64,000 nucleotides of DNA, taken from contig NC_058369.1 in the NCBI RefSeq assembly GCF_018350175.1, positions 111,166,001-111,230,000 on the forward strand, given 5' to 3'. Numbering within the stretch: position 1 is the first letter of the stretch; each line of letters begins with the position of its first letter. Source of the stretch: Felis catus (Eukaryota). Positions 1 through 12,619 of the stretch are shown here, piece by piece. Below the pieces are notes generated by a model, which did no database searches, had not been told where the DNA came from, and saw only the letters and a program-made list of their open reading frames with translations. Position numbers and translations under genes: made by a program.

Positions 1-286
1 TATTCATAAGTTTCACAAACCTGAAAAGGAGTTGGTGGAAGATAGTAGAAAATACGGTTATGAGTGGCATTGTACTAGGTTTAAAACTATTTGGCCACTC
101 AGCTTAGCTTGTGATTTTCTCTCATTCTGTGTTTATAAAATGGGAATATGACCTCCTTTTCTTCTTGTTAAGGCATTAATGAGTTTTTTTTTAAATATAT
201 TAAGTTTACAAAGAGCTCCATTTTGTTGGTCAAAAATGTTGTTAAACTACCTTACCTTCATTGGTCAATTGGTTTTTCAGATTTTA

Positions 287-482
287 CTTTTTTTTTTTTT
301 CTTTTTGAGAGGCAGAGAGAGGGGAGGGGGGTGAGAAGGAAGGGTAAGGGTAGAGGGAGAGGGAGAGAGGAAATCCTAAGCAGACTCCAGGCTTAGCCCT
401 GAGTCCTATTCGAGGCTCGATCCCATGGCCTAAGCTGAGATCAAGAGCCAGAAGCTTAACCGACTGGGCCACCCAGGAGCTG
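287..482 (-). mobile_element. Can-SINE, older subfamily
   Basis: Poly-T, GA-rich tract, then reverse-complement tRNA-like head ending ccacccaggagc; degenerate TSD ttttca(g/a)atttta. Confidence 0.85.
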
Positions 483-525
483 TGCTTTTCAAATTTTAAA
501 TGGAATAAGAAACAATAACATCTCT

Positions 526-870
526 GTGATTGCAAATGTAAGTGTCCTACTCAAACTGACTGAAGTTAAAAGGATACTGGCTCACATAACTAAAAGCCCT
601 GGATGTAGAACCAGCTTCAGATAGAGTCATATTCCAGAATCACAAAATGGTTTTCTTCATCCTTAGTTTTGCTACCTGCCTCGTTGGCATCGTACTCAAG
701 TTTGATGTTATGGCAAGGTGGCAGTACAGCTAAAGTGCCGATACTTTTTGAGATCTTAAACTAGTAGGAAAAATAAGACTTCCTTTCTCAGGACTCCTTG
801 AAGATGAGCATGGAGTCTCAAAGGTTCTCATTAGCTCACGTGTCCAACCCTATTCTAATCTTAACCCTTT
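526..870 (+). mobile_element. MaLR solo LTR fragment (MLT1J/K-like), approximate ends
   Basis: gtgattgcaa...ctcaaactgac...ggctcacataactaaaag resembles the recalled MLT1 5' end. Confidence 0.55.
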
Positions 871-1221
871 TCTAATGAGCAAGAAGAGAATATAGGTGTG
901 TGTATGTGTGTGTGCACGTGTGTGTTTTCAGATCCCAGAAGATATGTATGCGGTTCTGCTACCACTTTTCCTATAGTATTTTGGGTGAACTACTTAATGT
1001 TCATCCCATCAATTTCTACTGCCGCACGTTTTAATTTAGGATAAAATAGAATTGCCATAAATGAAAGGGGAAAAAAGGCTTTTTAAGGAATGAGTTAAGG
1101 AATAAAATTTATGAGAGAGTAAGAAGGTATTTGCTTTTAAAATTTTAATTTAACTTTTTAAATTAATTGCCAAATGTGGTTTTAAAAAGAATATTCTAAT
1201 TTTTCTTGGGTTTTTATAGGT

Positions 1222-1441
1222 TTTATTTTAAATGTTTATTTTTGAGAGAGGAGAGAGAGAGAGAGGGAGAGAGAGTGCTAGTGCAGGAGGGACAGGGAGA
1301 GACGGAGACACAGAATCTGAAGCAGGCTCTAGGCTCTGAGCTGTCAGCACAGAGCCCAACACAGGCTCGAACTCATGAACCATGAAATCATAACCTGAGC
1401 CGAAGTCTGATGCTTAACCGACTGAGCCATTTAGGCACCCC
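1222..1441 (-). mobile_element. Can-SINE (feline SINEC_Fc2-like)
   Basis: ggagacacagaatctgaagcaggctc...ctgagctgtcagcacagagccc...ttaaccgactgagcca. Confidence 0.92.
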
Positions 1442-1732
1442 TAATTTTTTGTGTGTATTATTGTTTTTTCTGATTAGTTACTGCCTGCCTCTGTGCAAGT
1501 GACTGATCGTATTTACAAATTGGTTGGTTTTTGCGTATGGGCTTTAATAGTCTCAACTAGACATCAAAAAATCGGCTCTAATTAATTAATTTTCTTTTCC
1601 TACTAACTGAATTTGAGATTCTTGTTAAGGCATTAATAAGCTTTAAAAAAAACATCAAGTTTATTGATTGGTCAAAACTATGTTTAAAATGGCTTCAGTA
1701 TATTTGAACTCATAGATTTTCAGGTGATAAGA

Positions 1733-1928
1733 TTTTTTTTTATGTTTATTTATTTCGAGAGACAGAGAGAGAGCAGGGGAGGGGGAGAGAAAGAAGGAGA
1801 GAGAGAGAATCCCAAGCAGGCTCCACACAGTCGGCACAGAGCCTGATGTGGAGCTCCATCTCACAAACTGTGAGATCATGACCTGAGCCAAAGTCAAGGC
1901 TTAACTGACTGAGCCACCCAGGTGCCCC
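1733..1928 (-). mobile_element. Can-SINE with 12-bp TSD
   Basis: TSD caggtgataaga at 1721-1732 and 1929-1940. Confidence 0.92.
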
Positions 1929-2973
1929 CAGGTGATAAGAATTTTCAAATTGATTCTTCTTTGCCATGGGATAGGCCCTATTCTGTCAGGTAGGAGCTAG
2001 ACCTCTGCAATTAGAAGAGATCCAACATGTGTAGCTTAACAGGACACATGTGTCTACACAGGTGTCCAGACTGACATTAGAGAGTATGGTGCTTTTTTTG
2101 GTCACTTGGAGGTGTGTATGGGCATCGTGCTTCGAATGGGGTTGGGTATTATAAAAACGTTAGGGCTGAATCATGTTTGTTGTTTTGAATCATGTTTGTT
2201 TTGACGTTTGCTGCTTTGCTGTCAAAGAGTAGGGGTACTTGTGCACCCAGTTCCTTGGCATTCTGGCCCAGGGAAGTATACATTATCACAAGGAGCAGCC
2301 ACCCTGTCAATGGTAGAATGCTGGTAATTAAAATGTGGACGTTTGACCATGAGTCGCTGGAGAAAATGTTCAAAAGAATATATTGAAATGAAAAACTTAA
2401 CTAGACAGAGTCATCTCTAATGAGCAAGAGAAGAGCTCTTTCAGGCTTGATAACTTAGATGAGCAATACCTGAAATATGGCTGATGTTTCTGGAAGAAAA
2501 TTGTTACTAGGAAACTAGGAAAAGCCCCCAAGCTATACCAATAAATACAGAATTTGGATCACTCGGTGGTAAAACTAGTATGAACTAACCTGCTAATATT
2601 ATTAATATCCTTTTGGTTTGTTTCCAGAGCAAGCAAGACTTACTGTCTTTTTAAGGATTGGATACAAAGTTGCAAAGATTGGATTTACTTAAAAATTTGT
2701 AGCCAATCCTTTTTGACTGATTTGGTTTCTTATTGCAGTCTTCTACATCATGGCTGAGGGTGGTGAAAGAATGTCTTGAAATAAAAAGATACTTGTTTTT
2801 AGTTGGCCAAGACTTTGAATTTATATATATTAAAGGCTTGACCTCTATCCAAAGCAGTAACAGAGAGAGAACAAAATGTTAACTGTTGTTTGCCACTCCC
2901 ACGTAGGATCTGCCGTTAATGAACCTGACTTTACCCCACCAGAACTTACTGGTTTAAAAAACTGAACCTATCT

Positions 2974-3190
2974 GGGATCCCTGGGTGGCTCAGTCAGTTG
3001 AGTGTCCGACTTCGGATCAGGTCATGACTTCACAGTTTGTGAGTTCAAGCTCCGCGTCAGGCTCTCTGCTGACAGCTCCAAGACTGGAACCTGCTTCAGA
3101 CTCTGTGTCTCCCTCTCTCTCCACCCCTCGTCCACACACGCTCTCTCTCCCCCTCTCTCTCTCTCAAAAATAAACATTAAATTTTTTTTC
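2974..3190 (+). mobile_element. Can-SINE (feline)
   Basis: Head gggatccctgggtggctcagtc, CT tract, aataaa tail; imperfect TSD aaaaaa(c/t)tgaa(c/a)ctat. Confidence 0.92.
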
Positions 3191-3416
3191 AAAAAATTGA
3201 AACTATGATTAAAAATTTTTCCACAAAGAAAATCCCAGAGTTCACTAGTAACCTAATAAAAACTTAAGGAAGAAATAACATTAAATTATTCTAGGAAATA
3301 GAGATCTAGCTTCTACCTGGCAGAGTAAAATGGTTGAGTTCAAACACAGTGAAGCCAGTTTAACAATACTTTTGATCAATAAAAAAAAATGGAATTCCAT
3401 GTAAACTTACCATTTT

Positions 3417-3633
3417 AAAAGTTTTTCTGAATGTTTTTATTTATTTTTGAGGGACAGACAAAATGAGTAGGAGAGGGGCAGAGAGAGAGACAGACAGACA
3501 GACAGAATCCAAAGCTGGCTCCAGGCTTGGAGCTGTCAGCACAGAGCTTGACGCGGGCTGGAACTCATGAGCCCTGAGATCATGACCTGAGGCGAAGTCA
3601 GATGCTCAACCCACTGAGCCACCCAGTTGCCCC
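3417..3633 (-). mobile_element. Can-SINE with 15-bp TSD
   Basis: TSD taaacttaccatttt at 3402-3416 and 3634-3648. Confidence 0.93.
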
Positions 3634-6369
3634 TAAACTTACCATTTTTAAAACTCTACTACAGGTACAATTCTCTGGCTACTATAGTTTCTTCCCAGGT
3701 AGAGCCAAACCTCATTTTGTTTCTTTGGTTTCTTTGGACTTAAACTGAGCATGAGTGAGTAACTTCCTTTCCCAGGCTATCAGTCAAAGCTGTGGCCAGC
3801 ACCACCTTTGGCCAAGGCATGCCTGACCCAGTTATGCCATGGGGCGATGGGTTGCTGCTGGGAGCCGGCCTGAGTCAGAGAAGTATGGTAACCAGGTGGG
3901 CAAAACCCTCATGTTGGTTAGGTGTATCTTTGGGCCTTTGTACGTCTCCTTACTCTTTTTTTATTTATTTATTTTACCTTTTATAACACGACCCTCGATT
4001 CCTTTTTCTCCTTAGCTCCAAGTGCCTGAAGTCTGTTACTTCCTACTAAGTTTTAACAGATAAGTTAGACATTAAAATGCCAAGAATTAACTCTTTTGCT
4101 CTGAGATGATTTTTAAAAGATACTCTAGTGGGGTAGAAATTGGGTAGGGGAGCATAAACTTACATTAAAGTAGTAAGAGTGAAAAGAAACTTTCTACAAA
4201 AATGCTGAACAAATAAATAAAATCGCCTTTTGGTAGTATACATGCGCAAATGGTTTATTTTTCAAGTTTTTTTGTGTGGGGGCTGTTTTCTGGAGAGGCA
4301 TTTTTTTTTCTTAAAAACAGGTAAGATAAGCTTAATTTTATTGACTATAATTGACTAATGGTAACCATAGAAAATGGCCCTTGGCCTCCAATATTTGTTC
4401 CCTTGCCAGTGAATCAGCCTGCCCTGGGTGATGATTTAATTTTCATGGTGTTCAAATTACAAATTAACATTTGCAAGTGTAGATTTGGGGGATTGTGCTG
4501 AAAGAGTTCGAGTTCTCCGAGGATGATGTGCCCCCCTTGGGCTACATTGTATAACTTCCTTATTAAAATGAAAGGAAATTGCCTGTTAGTTTTCTTACAG
4601 CATATCTTCCAGTCCTCACACTTAAGACAGGCATTCATCTAAACCTACAGAATTTTCCGATGTTATAGATTTCCCTGTATCAAAATATTTCAGATCTTCA
4701 GTTTGCATACTTCTTATGATGAAGTCAACTTGAAATGACTAAGTCAACTGTATGTTTTTCATGATCAGAGTGACTCATGAGCACAAGGTATAATTCTAGC
4801 CTATTACCGTATAGATAATATGTCATAATACTATTTGCACTTGTGTTTATAGTTTACTTTTCGTAGAATTATAAAGGCAACAAAGCTTTTGACAATGGCC
4901 AGTCTTGGTTGCAGGGCAGAATAAACAATTATTTGTTCAATTATATGGAATTGTATGGAATTATTGTATATGAGAGCTGCATTTGGGGGGCAAAGTTCCT
5001 AGGTTTCTATATTTCATGGTTTTCAATTTCATTCTATGGTGTCAAGAGTGGATTTTCCCAAGCTAATAGAAAAAAAAGAGAAGGGCTACTATGTTTTCTT
5101 GTAAAATAGATTGAGGAGAAAAATTATAAAAACAACCGAATGCTCTACTGTGACTAACATTTCAGCTCAACCTGTTTAATGCACTCTGGAAAATAAACAA
5201 TGGTATCTAGAGAAGAGTGAAAAAGCCAAAAAGAAAAAATTAAATTAGTGGCACTCTTTCTGTGGGAAACTCTATTAACTGTGGAAAAGAATAACAAAGT
5301 CAGACAAAGTCTAACAAAAAGTGTCGTGTGTGTATACATCCTTACCTACATATACTTCTCTCAGACATACATAGACTTTGCAGTCAGAAAAAATTTGGAG
5401 TCCTAAGTATTTTGTTAAATGCTGGAAACTAAAACCAAACTGATTTTTAGAATGCAAATTAACTTTTTTTGACATGGATTGATTCTATAAAATTCATGAA
5501 ATTTAAAAATAAAAATGTGTTATGCAGTGCTGAAGTAGATGCTGGTAATTTTAGATAAGTGTAAATTAAAATGATAAAAAAGAGGACTTTTAATGAAAGA
5601 GCTTCTTATGTAATTGAAGGATTTTTAAATATTTTGTTTACAATTACCACAAAAGACCAAAAAAGCTCAAAAAGTTTTAGTTAAATCCAATATTTCCTGA
5701 AATGTTTACAGAACTGTAACTTAGTAATGTGACATTTGCACAGCACTATTATGCTATCTGCTATCAGATTATAGGGTTCCTATTTCTTATTAAATAAAAG
5801 TAACACTTCAGTTGGTACTAGACAAAGCAACTGCTTTTTCTTTCATCATATTTTTTACTGGCAAATTTGAACTGAAACTGTCACTTTGTTAGGAGTCCCA
5901 TTGCCTACTTAAATCTCCAGGGCAGCATCTAAAGAGATATTTCCCCCAGTATTTTAATATCATTTTCCTTGCATTGCTGATAGAATTTTTTCTCATAATC
6001 CTTGAGAAAAAACATATTTTCTTGTTTGAATTTTGTTCCCCAATCGGCTAAAACCAAATCATCTGTGATTTGCTTTATTTGGGGGACTTATCGTTATCAT
6101 GTAACCATAGGATTTAGTGGAATTGAAGTAATTTTAGCAAAAGCAGTCTCTTAAGGGAAAAAAATGGCTCTCCTTCCCCATTTCTTGCTTACAAAGTACA
6201 GATGAAGGCTGGGTGAGGGTTTTATACAACTGTGGTTTGAATGCTTGTGACGTTTTGGCTTTGTTTAAGAAAAAGCAATAAATTTTGAATAAATGGCATT
6301 ATTTGATTAAAAAGATTATTTATGATACTAAACATATATTTAAACTAATAAAACTTCAGTCAGTTTTAG

Positions 6370-6590
6370 GTGATGATGATGATGATGATGATGTTGGTAA
6401 CGATGGTGATGATGATAGCCCATAATAAGGGATGTCTATCCTGTGCCAGGTATTGTGCTAAACATCTCATACAGATTATCTCATTTATTCCTCCCAAGTG
6501 TTGTATTGGGAAAAGAAAGCTGGGGCCTGGAGAAGTGGAGTCATGTGTTCACGGTCACTATATTAGTAGGTGGTTTTGTTTGACTAAGTA
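6370..6590 (-). mobile_element. MIR with expanded (GAT)n tail
   Basis: (GAT)7 then tgtgccaggtattgtgctaaacatctcatacagattatctcattt, the MIR core in reverse. Confidence 0.7.
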
Positions 6591-6687
6591 CTTAGCATAA
6601 TCATTTAATACTACCTATGTCCTGTTATTGAATCAGAAACCTCAGAATTTAAAGGATCTAATCTTAGCATTTAAAAACGAAAGGACT

Positions 6688-6915
6688 GGGGCGCCTGGGT
6701 GGCGCAGTCGGTTGAGCGTCCGACTTCAGCCAGGTCACGATCTCGCGGTCCGTGAGTTCGAGCCCCGCTGTCGGGCTCTGGGCTGATGGCTCAGAGCCTG
6801 GGGCCTGTTTCTGATTCTGTGTCTCCCTCTCTCTCTGCCCCTCGCCCGTTCATGCTGTCTCTCTCTGTCCCAAAAATAAATAAACGTTGAAAAAAAAATT
6901 TAAAAAAAAAAACAA
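6688..6915 (+). mobile_element. Young SINEC_Fc, CpGs intact, 15-bp TSD
   Basis: ggggcgcctgggtggcgcagtcgg...gggctgatggctcagagcc; TSD aaaaacgaaaggact at 6673-6687 and 6916-6930. Confidence 0.97.
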
Positions 6916-7189
6916 AAAAACGAAAGGACTGAAAATTATAAATTTGTCATACAAAGATACATCTTAAGCTTCTAAGTAATGATGTCATAGCAACCCCATT
7001 TCCACAGTCACCCCCCAACATATAATATTTATTACAGCCTCTTATCCTTTTTCTGATAGCTAGGCTTCCTGTTCTCCTCCATTCTTTATATATACCTGCA
7101 TAATAATATTACTGTGATAACCAGGTTCACCTTATTATTCTATTATTAAAAAATGTTGGTAGAAGTCAGGACCTTTTTTGTTTGTTTTT

Positions 7190-8350
7190 CACTTTTTTTT
7201 TTAATAGGATAAAAGCCACATGCAGGGAAGTACTCAGTGGACATACTCTAGTACTAACCCGCAGATGAAGAAAGAGTGATGCCGGCACTTTGTGATGTAG
7301 TCATCAGGTGCCCTCCTAATGCCAACTCTACCCTCTTCTCCATACGTAACCTCTGCTTTGATTTCCATCACTGCCATTTCATTTTGCCTGTGTATCCTAC
7401 ATACACATGTAATTATAGGGTATACATTGTTTTGTGACTGGAAATTTCACTCCAAGTTAAGTCTGTGAGATTCATCCACAGTGATGTTTTTAACTTTAAT
7501 TTTTAAATTTTCATTGCTCTATAGTATACACCCCATCACCATATCAGAATTAATTTGCCCATTCTAATGTATATTGGTATATAGGTATATTGGTTGGTAT
7601 AGGCATATTGATAGGTATATTGGTTGTCTCCAGTTTTGACCTATTATGAAAACACTGACCTAGAATGTTCTTGTACGTGTACCTTGAGGAATACCTTTTT
7701 TACTCTAGGAATTGCTGTGGCATAGCATATGAGTCCATTCAAATTTAATACCCAAGGCCAAACAGTTTTCCAAAGTGGTTGTATCAATTTCCAGGCTCAT
7801 TAGCACAGTCCTGGGGCCTCCACTTCCTTGTCCATATTTGTTGTCATCACTCTTCGTAATTTTAGCTATGCCAGTGGGTATTTCGTTTTGGTTTTAATTA
7901 GGATTTCCCTGAAGACTCTTGTAACTTAGATTAAAGAAAGAAATCGAAGCTATCCTTTTTATTTATGTCTGGATTTCACTTCTTCTATTTTCTAGGATTT
8001 TTGTTTCTCTGTCATGAATAAAGCTAGTCTATAGTTATTCTGTCTTGGAATCCTCTAGTTAGATTTGGGGTCAGAGATATATCTACATAATGAGTTGGTC
8101 AGTGTTCACTCAATTTTCTATTTCTGGAAGAATTTAGAGTTATTTCTTCTTTATTTTTTTGGTACAGTTTACTGTTGAAGACTGGACTTTTCTCTGTGGA
8201 AAAATTTTAATTATGGAATCAATTTTTAATGGTTTTATAACTATTCAGATTTGCTTAGTTATTCATGTATCAGTTTCATGTTTTGCCTTTCTAGGAATTT
8301 GTCCATTTTATTTGAATTTTTCCTTTTCTTAACAGAAGAACTTTTTATAA
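7190..8350 (-). mobile_element. Ancient L1M fragments (3' region and ORF2), approximate ends
   Basis: gagattcatcca, ccaaagtggttgtatcaatttcc, ctaggaatttgtccatttt motifs typical of antisense L1M. Confidence 0.6.
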
Positions 8351-8377
8351 TATGTTGCTTAGCTATGTTTTCTTTTT

Positions 8378-8575
8378 CTTAAGTTTATTTATTTATTTTT
8401 GAGAGAGAGAGACAGAGCACAAGCGGGCAAGGGGTAGAGAGAGGAGAGAGAAACTCCAAGCAGGGGTGGTCAGCACAGAGCCGGATGCGGGGCTCGGATT
8501 CACAAACCATGAGATCATGATCTGAGCCGAAACCAAGAATTAGACGCTCAATCAATGGAGCCACCCGGGTGCCCC
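8378..8575 (-). mobile_element. Can-SINE
   Basis: Full reverse SINE; imperfect TSD agct(a/g)tgt(t/c)ttctttt. Confidence 0.9.
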
Positions 8576-9276
8576 AGCTGTGTCTTCTTTTATATTCCTA
8601 TTTTATTCTTTGTGTAACAATCCAATACAATTTTACTTATATTGTTGTTTGAATTGTTACAGCTTTAGCCAGTAGGACGTGTAAATTTTTAAATAATCTC
8701 TTTTTCTGGTTAGAATATAAACTCCATGAGGATGGATATATCTGTTTTATCCCAAAACGTTAGTAAAGAGCCTGGCATATGGTAGAAATCGATATTTATT
8801 TCTCACAAAAATCAACTCATGAACGACAAGTGAATAGAATCTGTAAAGATGAGAAAATACCATTAACCTTTTTTAGTACTCAGTGATTCCTGAGTCATCT
8901 TCCTTTTCAAAGTGTTTGGTTATTTTTCTTTTCCTCTGAGCCTCCAGGCTGCTATATAGGTAGAAAACCGATGATACAAAAGTAAATTTAAAGCAAATCT
9001 TTGTATTGTGAGACTATACATGTTTAGAAAGATAAGATTGTTGTTACCTTGGGTATTTGTCTCATTCCAGATTTTATTTGTGCTTTTTTGTCACCCTGCC
9101 ATTCCTTCAAGTTTTATAGTAACCTATTCTATATTGATTCAGACCCAAGCTTAATTGCGGTGGCCTTGGAGTTTTTCCATTGATGACCACTAGGTTTTTG
9201 TAACTTCTAGTTTTACTTCATTGGCCAGTGTGAATAAATCAAAACCTATGAGAAGGAGCTGAGAAGAATTTGTTTG

Positions 9277-9409
9277 NNNNNNNNNNNNNNNNNNNNNNNN
9301 NNNNNNNNNNNNNNNNNNNNNNNNNNNNNNNNNNNNNNNNNNNNNNNNNNNNNNNNNNNNNNNNNNNNNNNNNNNNNNNNNNNNNNNNNNNNNNNNNNNN
9401 NNNNNNNNN
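9277..9409. other. N-block, 133 bp, content unreadable
   Basis: Run of N in unique, non-repeat context. Confidence 0.99.
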
Positions 9410-10347
9410 AGAGTGCTATTGGCTTATTATAATATTCTACCGCTTTCATTCTGGGGAAGAGCAGTACATTTTCATGTTCAAATTTGGGAACTTCTCACTA
9501 TTATTCACCATCATGTACAGATCTCATAAATCAAAGACCAGTTTTAAATGTCATATATGTATATTCTATTTCTGGGAAACACCAGATAGAGTGTTATTTT
9601 TGGCAACTGTGGGTTGACCTTGAAAAACTTACATTAACAAGGAGAAAAAGCACGTTTTAAATGGTGACACATTTAACAAGGAACTTTAAAGAATAAGAGA
9701 AAGTGTGTAGGTGTTCCATAGTAACAACCTAATGGTATCACATTGTGTTTCATGAATGAGGGCAATTCACAAAGTTCCCACAAATAGGACCAATGTAAGA
9801 ACATAACTATCTAGTAGCTTTCTTTATCATTCATTCTATCAATGTTTTACAAGTCCCGACTAAGTACCAGACAGGATCTTAGTTGCTATGAAAATGAAAA
9901 TGAGTAAGTTACAACTCCTTCCAGTCTGTAGCTCAGTTTAATTGGGGGAGGTGGGGGGAGAGAGAACTCAGCACTTACAGGTGTGTCGCTCATATTTATT
10001 TTAGGACTAATGGATTATAGGCAACATCAACTTTGAGAATAAAATCTTGTCACCTAGATATATGTCTTTTGCATTTAATAAACCAATTACAAGGAGGACT
10101 ATGAGGAAATATGTCAGAAATTTAATAGAGGTGATCTGTGTGTATTGCTAATTAGTAGTGGTTTTATAAATGCTCCATGGTTTCTAAAACAAGTATGTTA
10201 TTTCTTTAACTTCAAGAAACAAGAAAACAAAACATCACTGATTTTAAGCTATTATGTTTCCTTGAGTTTCTGTGCCTGACCGGTTATGCAATTTTCTGTT
10301 TGCATTCACTAGAGATATTAGATAGTCTCTTTGAGAATGTCTCAAGG

Positions 10348-10554
10348 CATGGATTGACAAACTTTGCCTATAAAGTTTCATTAGTAAATATATCACGCTT
10401 TCCAGGCCCAAACAGCCTTTGTCACTATTCAATGCTCTTTAACAGGAAAACAACCATAAACAATAGGTAAATGAATGAGCGTGTCCGTATTCCAATAATA
10501 ATACTTAGAAAAACAGGCAGAGGGTTAGATTTGCCTTAGTTTGCTTAACCCCTA
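10348..10554 (+). mobile_element. hAT-Charlie MITE (MER58A-like)
   Basis: gacaaacttt...ccataaacaataggtaaatgaatgagcgtgtccgtattccaataa...tagtttgcttaacccct matches recalled MER58A. Confidence 0.7.
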
Positions 10555-10884
10555 ATTTACAGCATTTTTAAAAAATGCAAAGGCCTGGTTCTCATAACTC
10601 CCAGGATCAGATTCTGGAGAGAGAAGCCCTTAGAACCTGCAAATTTACACAGTTGCCATTTTTATTACTATTTACTATTTACCCTTAAGTTTGAGAACTT
10701 CCATTTTCTTTACCTACCAGAATACTTGAAGCACGAATTTGTCTCTACAGTATCCTTGAGGGATTTCCATTTAGCTTGATGGCTTTGAAGTTTGTGGAGC
10801 ATACCTTATCAGGCGGAACTTCTATTTCAAATAATTGACAGAGAAAATATGAAGGCAAAATTCCTATTGAGTTAAAGTCTAAAA

Positions 10885-11109
10885 TTTTTTTTTAATTTTT
10901 TTTTAACATTTATTCATCTTTGAAAGGCAGAGAGAGACAGAGCGTGAATGGGGGAGGGGCAGAGAGAAAGGGAGACACAGAATCTGAAACAGGCTCCAGG
11001 CTCTGAGCTGTCAGCACAGAGCCCAACGCGGGGCTCGAACTCACGGACTGTGAGATCGTGACCTGAGCCGAAGTCGGCCACTCATCCGACTGAGCCACCC
11101 AGGTGCCCC
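10885..11109 (-). mobile_element. Feline Can-SINE with TSD
   Basis: TSD aaagtctaaaa at 10874 and 11110. Confidence 0.95.
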
Positions 11110-11907
11110 AAAGTCTAAAAATTTTAACTTGAAGAGAACAAGGGCCTTTTCTCCCCTGTTTACTGTTGTATTTCCAGCTACAGAAAATAGGGTAGGTGCT
11201 TGGCACAGGGCAGGTATTTCGATAAATATTTGCAGATGATCTGAATGCACTTTCATTGCTTGGCCCTCTCCCCACTTTCAGGTTGCCTGACCCTCCCTTT
11301 ATGTGATAAAGAGGTAATTGAGTCTTAGCTACAGCTTTCCTGCTTTTTATACTGTCTCTTTTGGGTTTTAATCCATTGTTTCATCTCTTTTGAGTAATTT
11401 GGGGGTTATATATCCTGCCCTCAAGACTTGTGATGCCCTGACATACCTGGTTCTAAGGCAGGATGACATTTATAAGCATTGATAATGATATTAACTGAAG
11501 ATTTTTCTTCTGTAAGCAGAATAAATCAATATGCCAACTTCAACAAAAAAAAGTATTGGAAAATTAGGTGACAACTCAGCAGCAAGTGTAGATGGACTTT
11601 CTCTCAGGAGTGCCATCGAAATATAACTCAGCTCCCAGCATTTTTCCACCTCTGGGCCTTTGCACATGCTGTGCTCTGTGCTGGTTTCAAATTCCTGGAG
11701 AGAGATAGAGATTTGTTGAGCCAAGGTCAGGGACCTGTTATTTAGTTTAATTACTTGGTCACTGGGTTGGGGGGTACCATTAATCACCCCATGGAGAGAA
11801 AATCAAAGACTATTACCAGTAGGATGTGGGAATGGGATAAAGAGATGCTAGGAAGACTCAAGTAGTTTAGACATGTTAATTTGGATGCCTTTTAAAAATA
11901 ATCTGTA

Positions 11908-12147
11908 GGGGCGCCTGGGTGGCGCAGTCGGTTAAGCGTCCGACTTCAGCCAGGTCACGATCTCGCGGTCCGTGAGTTCGAGCCCCGCGTCGGGCTCTGG
12001 GCTGATGGCTCAGAGCCTGGAGCCTGTTTCCGATTCTGTGTCTCCCTCTCTCTCTGCCCCTCCCCCGTTCATGCTCTGTCTCTCTCTGTCCCAAAAATAA
12101 ATAAATGTTGAAAAAAAAAAAAATTTATAAAAAAAAAAAAAAATAAT
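11908..12147 (+). mobile_element. Very young SINEC_Fc, near consensus
   Basis: Intact A/B boxes and CpGs, long A tail; TSD aaaaataatctgta at 11894-11907 and 12148-12161. Confidence 0.97.
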
Positions 12148-12619
12148 AAAAATAATCTGTAAATGACTGGATTCTGGTTTTCTAAAGCCCATTCCTGTGT
12201 TTTAAATTTTGCTACTAACACAAACCAGTCTGAGACCTCTAACAGGTCCAGGTCAGTACTTCTCTCTGTACTGCCGCTCTGCTGTGGATGATGTTCTGTA
12301 ATTGCTACGGACTTCCTCTCGACCTGAAGATTTGATTTGAAGCCCTGCCTTAGCTGCGTTTTCCTGAGAGATTTGATTTTCAGTCCTGTTTTCCCTTTTA
12401 GATTATATTTATTTATACTATCTATCCCTGTCCATTTCCAAGAAAAGATTGTTACTGGCAGTTTTCAAATCAAATTCCACAGTAAGAAATGGCACAGATA
12501 ATATTCAGACAGCTTCCTCTAATCCATTCAGCTCTGGTTTTGTCCCTGATTAGCTGCCACCCAGACAGACACTGCCCCAGCACGGTCCTGGATCTGCTGT
12601 ACATCATGATGGTCCTTAG

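Noticed and set aside
871-2429. Shared 14-mer tctaatgagcaaga suggesting a 1.5-kb tandem duplication
   Set aside because: The flanks do not align, and several 14-mer matches are expected by chance in 64 kb.
4296-4326. Donor-like CAG|GTAAGA
   Set aside because: No convincing upstream acceptor or reading frame; isolated donors are common in introns.
6688-6760. tRNA-like A/B boxes
   Set aside because: They are the tRNA-derived SINE head, not a tRNA gene.
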